Part shown: in pieces, positions 31,901 to 32,000 of the stretch
Layout: each line of letters begins with the position of its first letter
Position numbering within the stretch: the first letter of the stretch is position 1
Source: Candidatus Saccharimonas aalborgensis
GTDB lineage: Bacteria > Patescibacteriota > Saccharimonadia > Saccharimonadales > Saccharimonadaceae
NCBI RefSeq assembly: GCF_000392435.1
Contig: NC_021219.1
Coordinates: forward strand, 420,001 to 452,000
Direction of reading: 5' to 3'
Length of the DNA stretch: 32,000 bases
Position numbers and translations under genes: made by a program
The notes under the pieces: generated by a model
The model's database searches: none
What the model saw: only the letters and a program-made list of their open reading frames with translations
Told to the model about the DNA's origin: nothing

Positions 31901-31909
31901 ATTATAGCA
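31901..31909 (-). promoter_or_regulatory. Extended -10 promoter just upstream of the methyltransferase ATG
   Basis: The minus strand reads TGc-TATAAT (plus 31909-31901), then 11 nt (aattacagttt), then ATG 31889. The predicted 5' UTR is only about 4 nt and has no Shine-Dalgarno sequence. Confidence 0.45.
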
Positions 31910-32000
31910 ACAGTGTTTGTTTTTGGTGAGACCTTAGTTAATAAGCAAATTGTTCGGATATGTGACCGTCGTTACCGAGCACATAAACGCTTGAGCGCTG

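Noticed and set aside
31938-32000. Open frame on the minus strand running off the window end (…VYVLGNDGHISEQFAY, stop at 31938-31940)
   Set aside because: Only 20 codons are visible, which is too short to call a gene or assign a function.
1-32000. Search for CRISPR arrays, tRNA/rRNA genes, transposases/integrases and inverted terminal repeats
   Set aside because: I found no regularly spaced direct repeats, no cloverleaf-like sequences in the intergenic gaps (1240-1350, 3349-3462, 6569-6781, 23661-23767, 27340-27422, 29394-29517, 31890-31937), and no recombinase-like ORFs.
1-32000. Alternative genetic code (UGA recoded, as in some CPR lineages)
   Set aside because: TGA terminates well-defined genes here: the DUF5305-like gene at 19384-19386, the PanA-type antitoxin gene at 28105-28107, and the methyltransferase gene at 30705-30707. 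Long ORFs are intact under the standard code.

Overview
The window reads as chromosomal DNA from a small-genome monoderm bacterium. It is most plausibly a CPR/Patescibacteria (Saccharibacteria-like) organism. That assignment is inferred from gene content only: many bitopic or secreted hypothetical proteins, giant surface proteins, and the standard genetic code with TGA used as a stop.

Layout:
1. 3-224: 3' end of an atpC-like gene.
2. 226-1239 (minus strand): a membrane-anchored beta-helix-like surface protein, convergent with atpC and sitting between it and the plus-strand block.
3. 1.35-17.0 kb, plus-strand surface-protein block. It holds three related secreted beta-rich proteins whose shared C-terminal module resembles WxL/SCPU-type modules. 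These are followed by a DUF916/DUF3324-like (WxL-interacting-protein-like) membrane-anchored protein and a PKD/Ig bitopic protein. Two giant proteins come next: 1299 aa with two CBM-like modules, and 1885 aa with a glycine-rich domain plus at least 17 Kelch-type motifs. A small bitopic protein closes the block.
4. 17.0-23.7 kb, minus strand. Two small bitopic proteins, an HtrA protease, and a SipW/TasA-type fibre operon. The operon has two tandem TasA-like subunits, a larger third subunit, a polytopic-membrane-domain::ER-type signal peptidase fusion, and a DUF5305-like protein.
5. 23.8-27.3 kb, minus-strand operon: two unknown membrane proteins, LemA, glutathione peroxidase, and a TspO-like membrane protein. 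A divergent small membrane ORF follows at 27423-27674 (+).
6. 27.7-31.9 kb, accessory/defence islet. It contains an HTH-DUF4065 (Panacea-type) antitoxin with a RelE-like toxin and a small GIY-YIG-like ORF. It also contains a 4-nt-overlapping pair made of an EcoRI-family N6-adenine methyltransferase and a DUF262(ParB-like)-HNH nuclease.

I recognised no rRNA, tRNA, CRISPR array, transposase or integrase. A recurrent TGn-extended -10 box lies 6-11 nt upstream of several first-gene ATGs, which suggests leaderless mRNAs. All family assignments come from motif recognition by eye; no searches were run.
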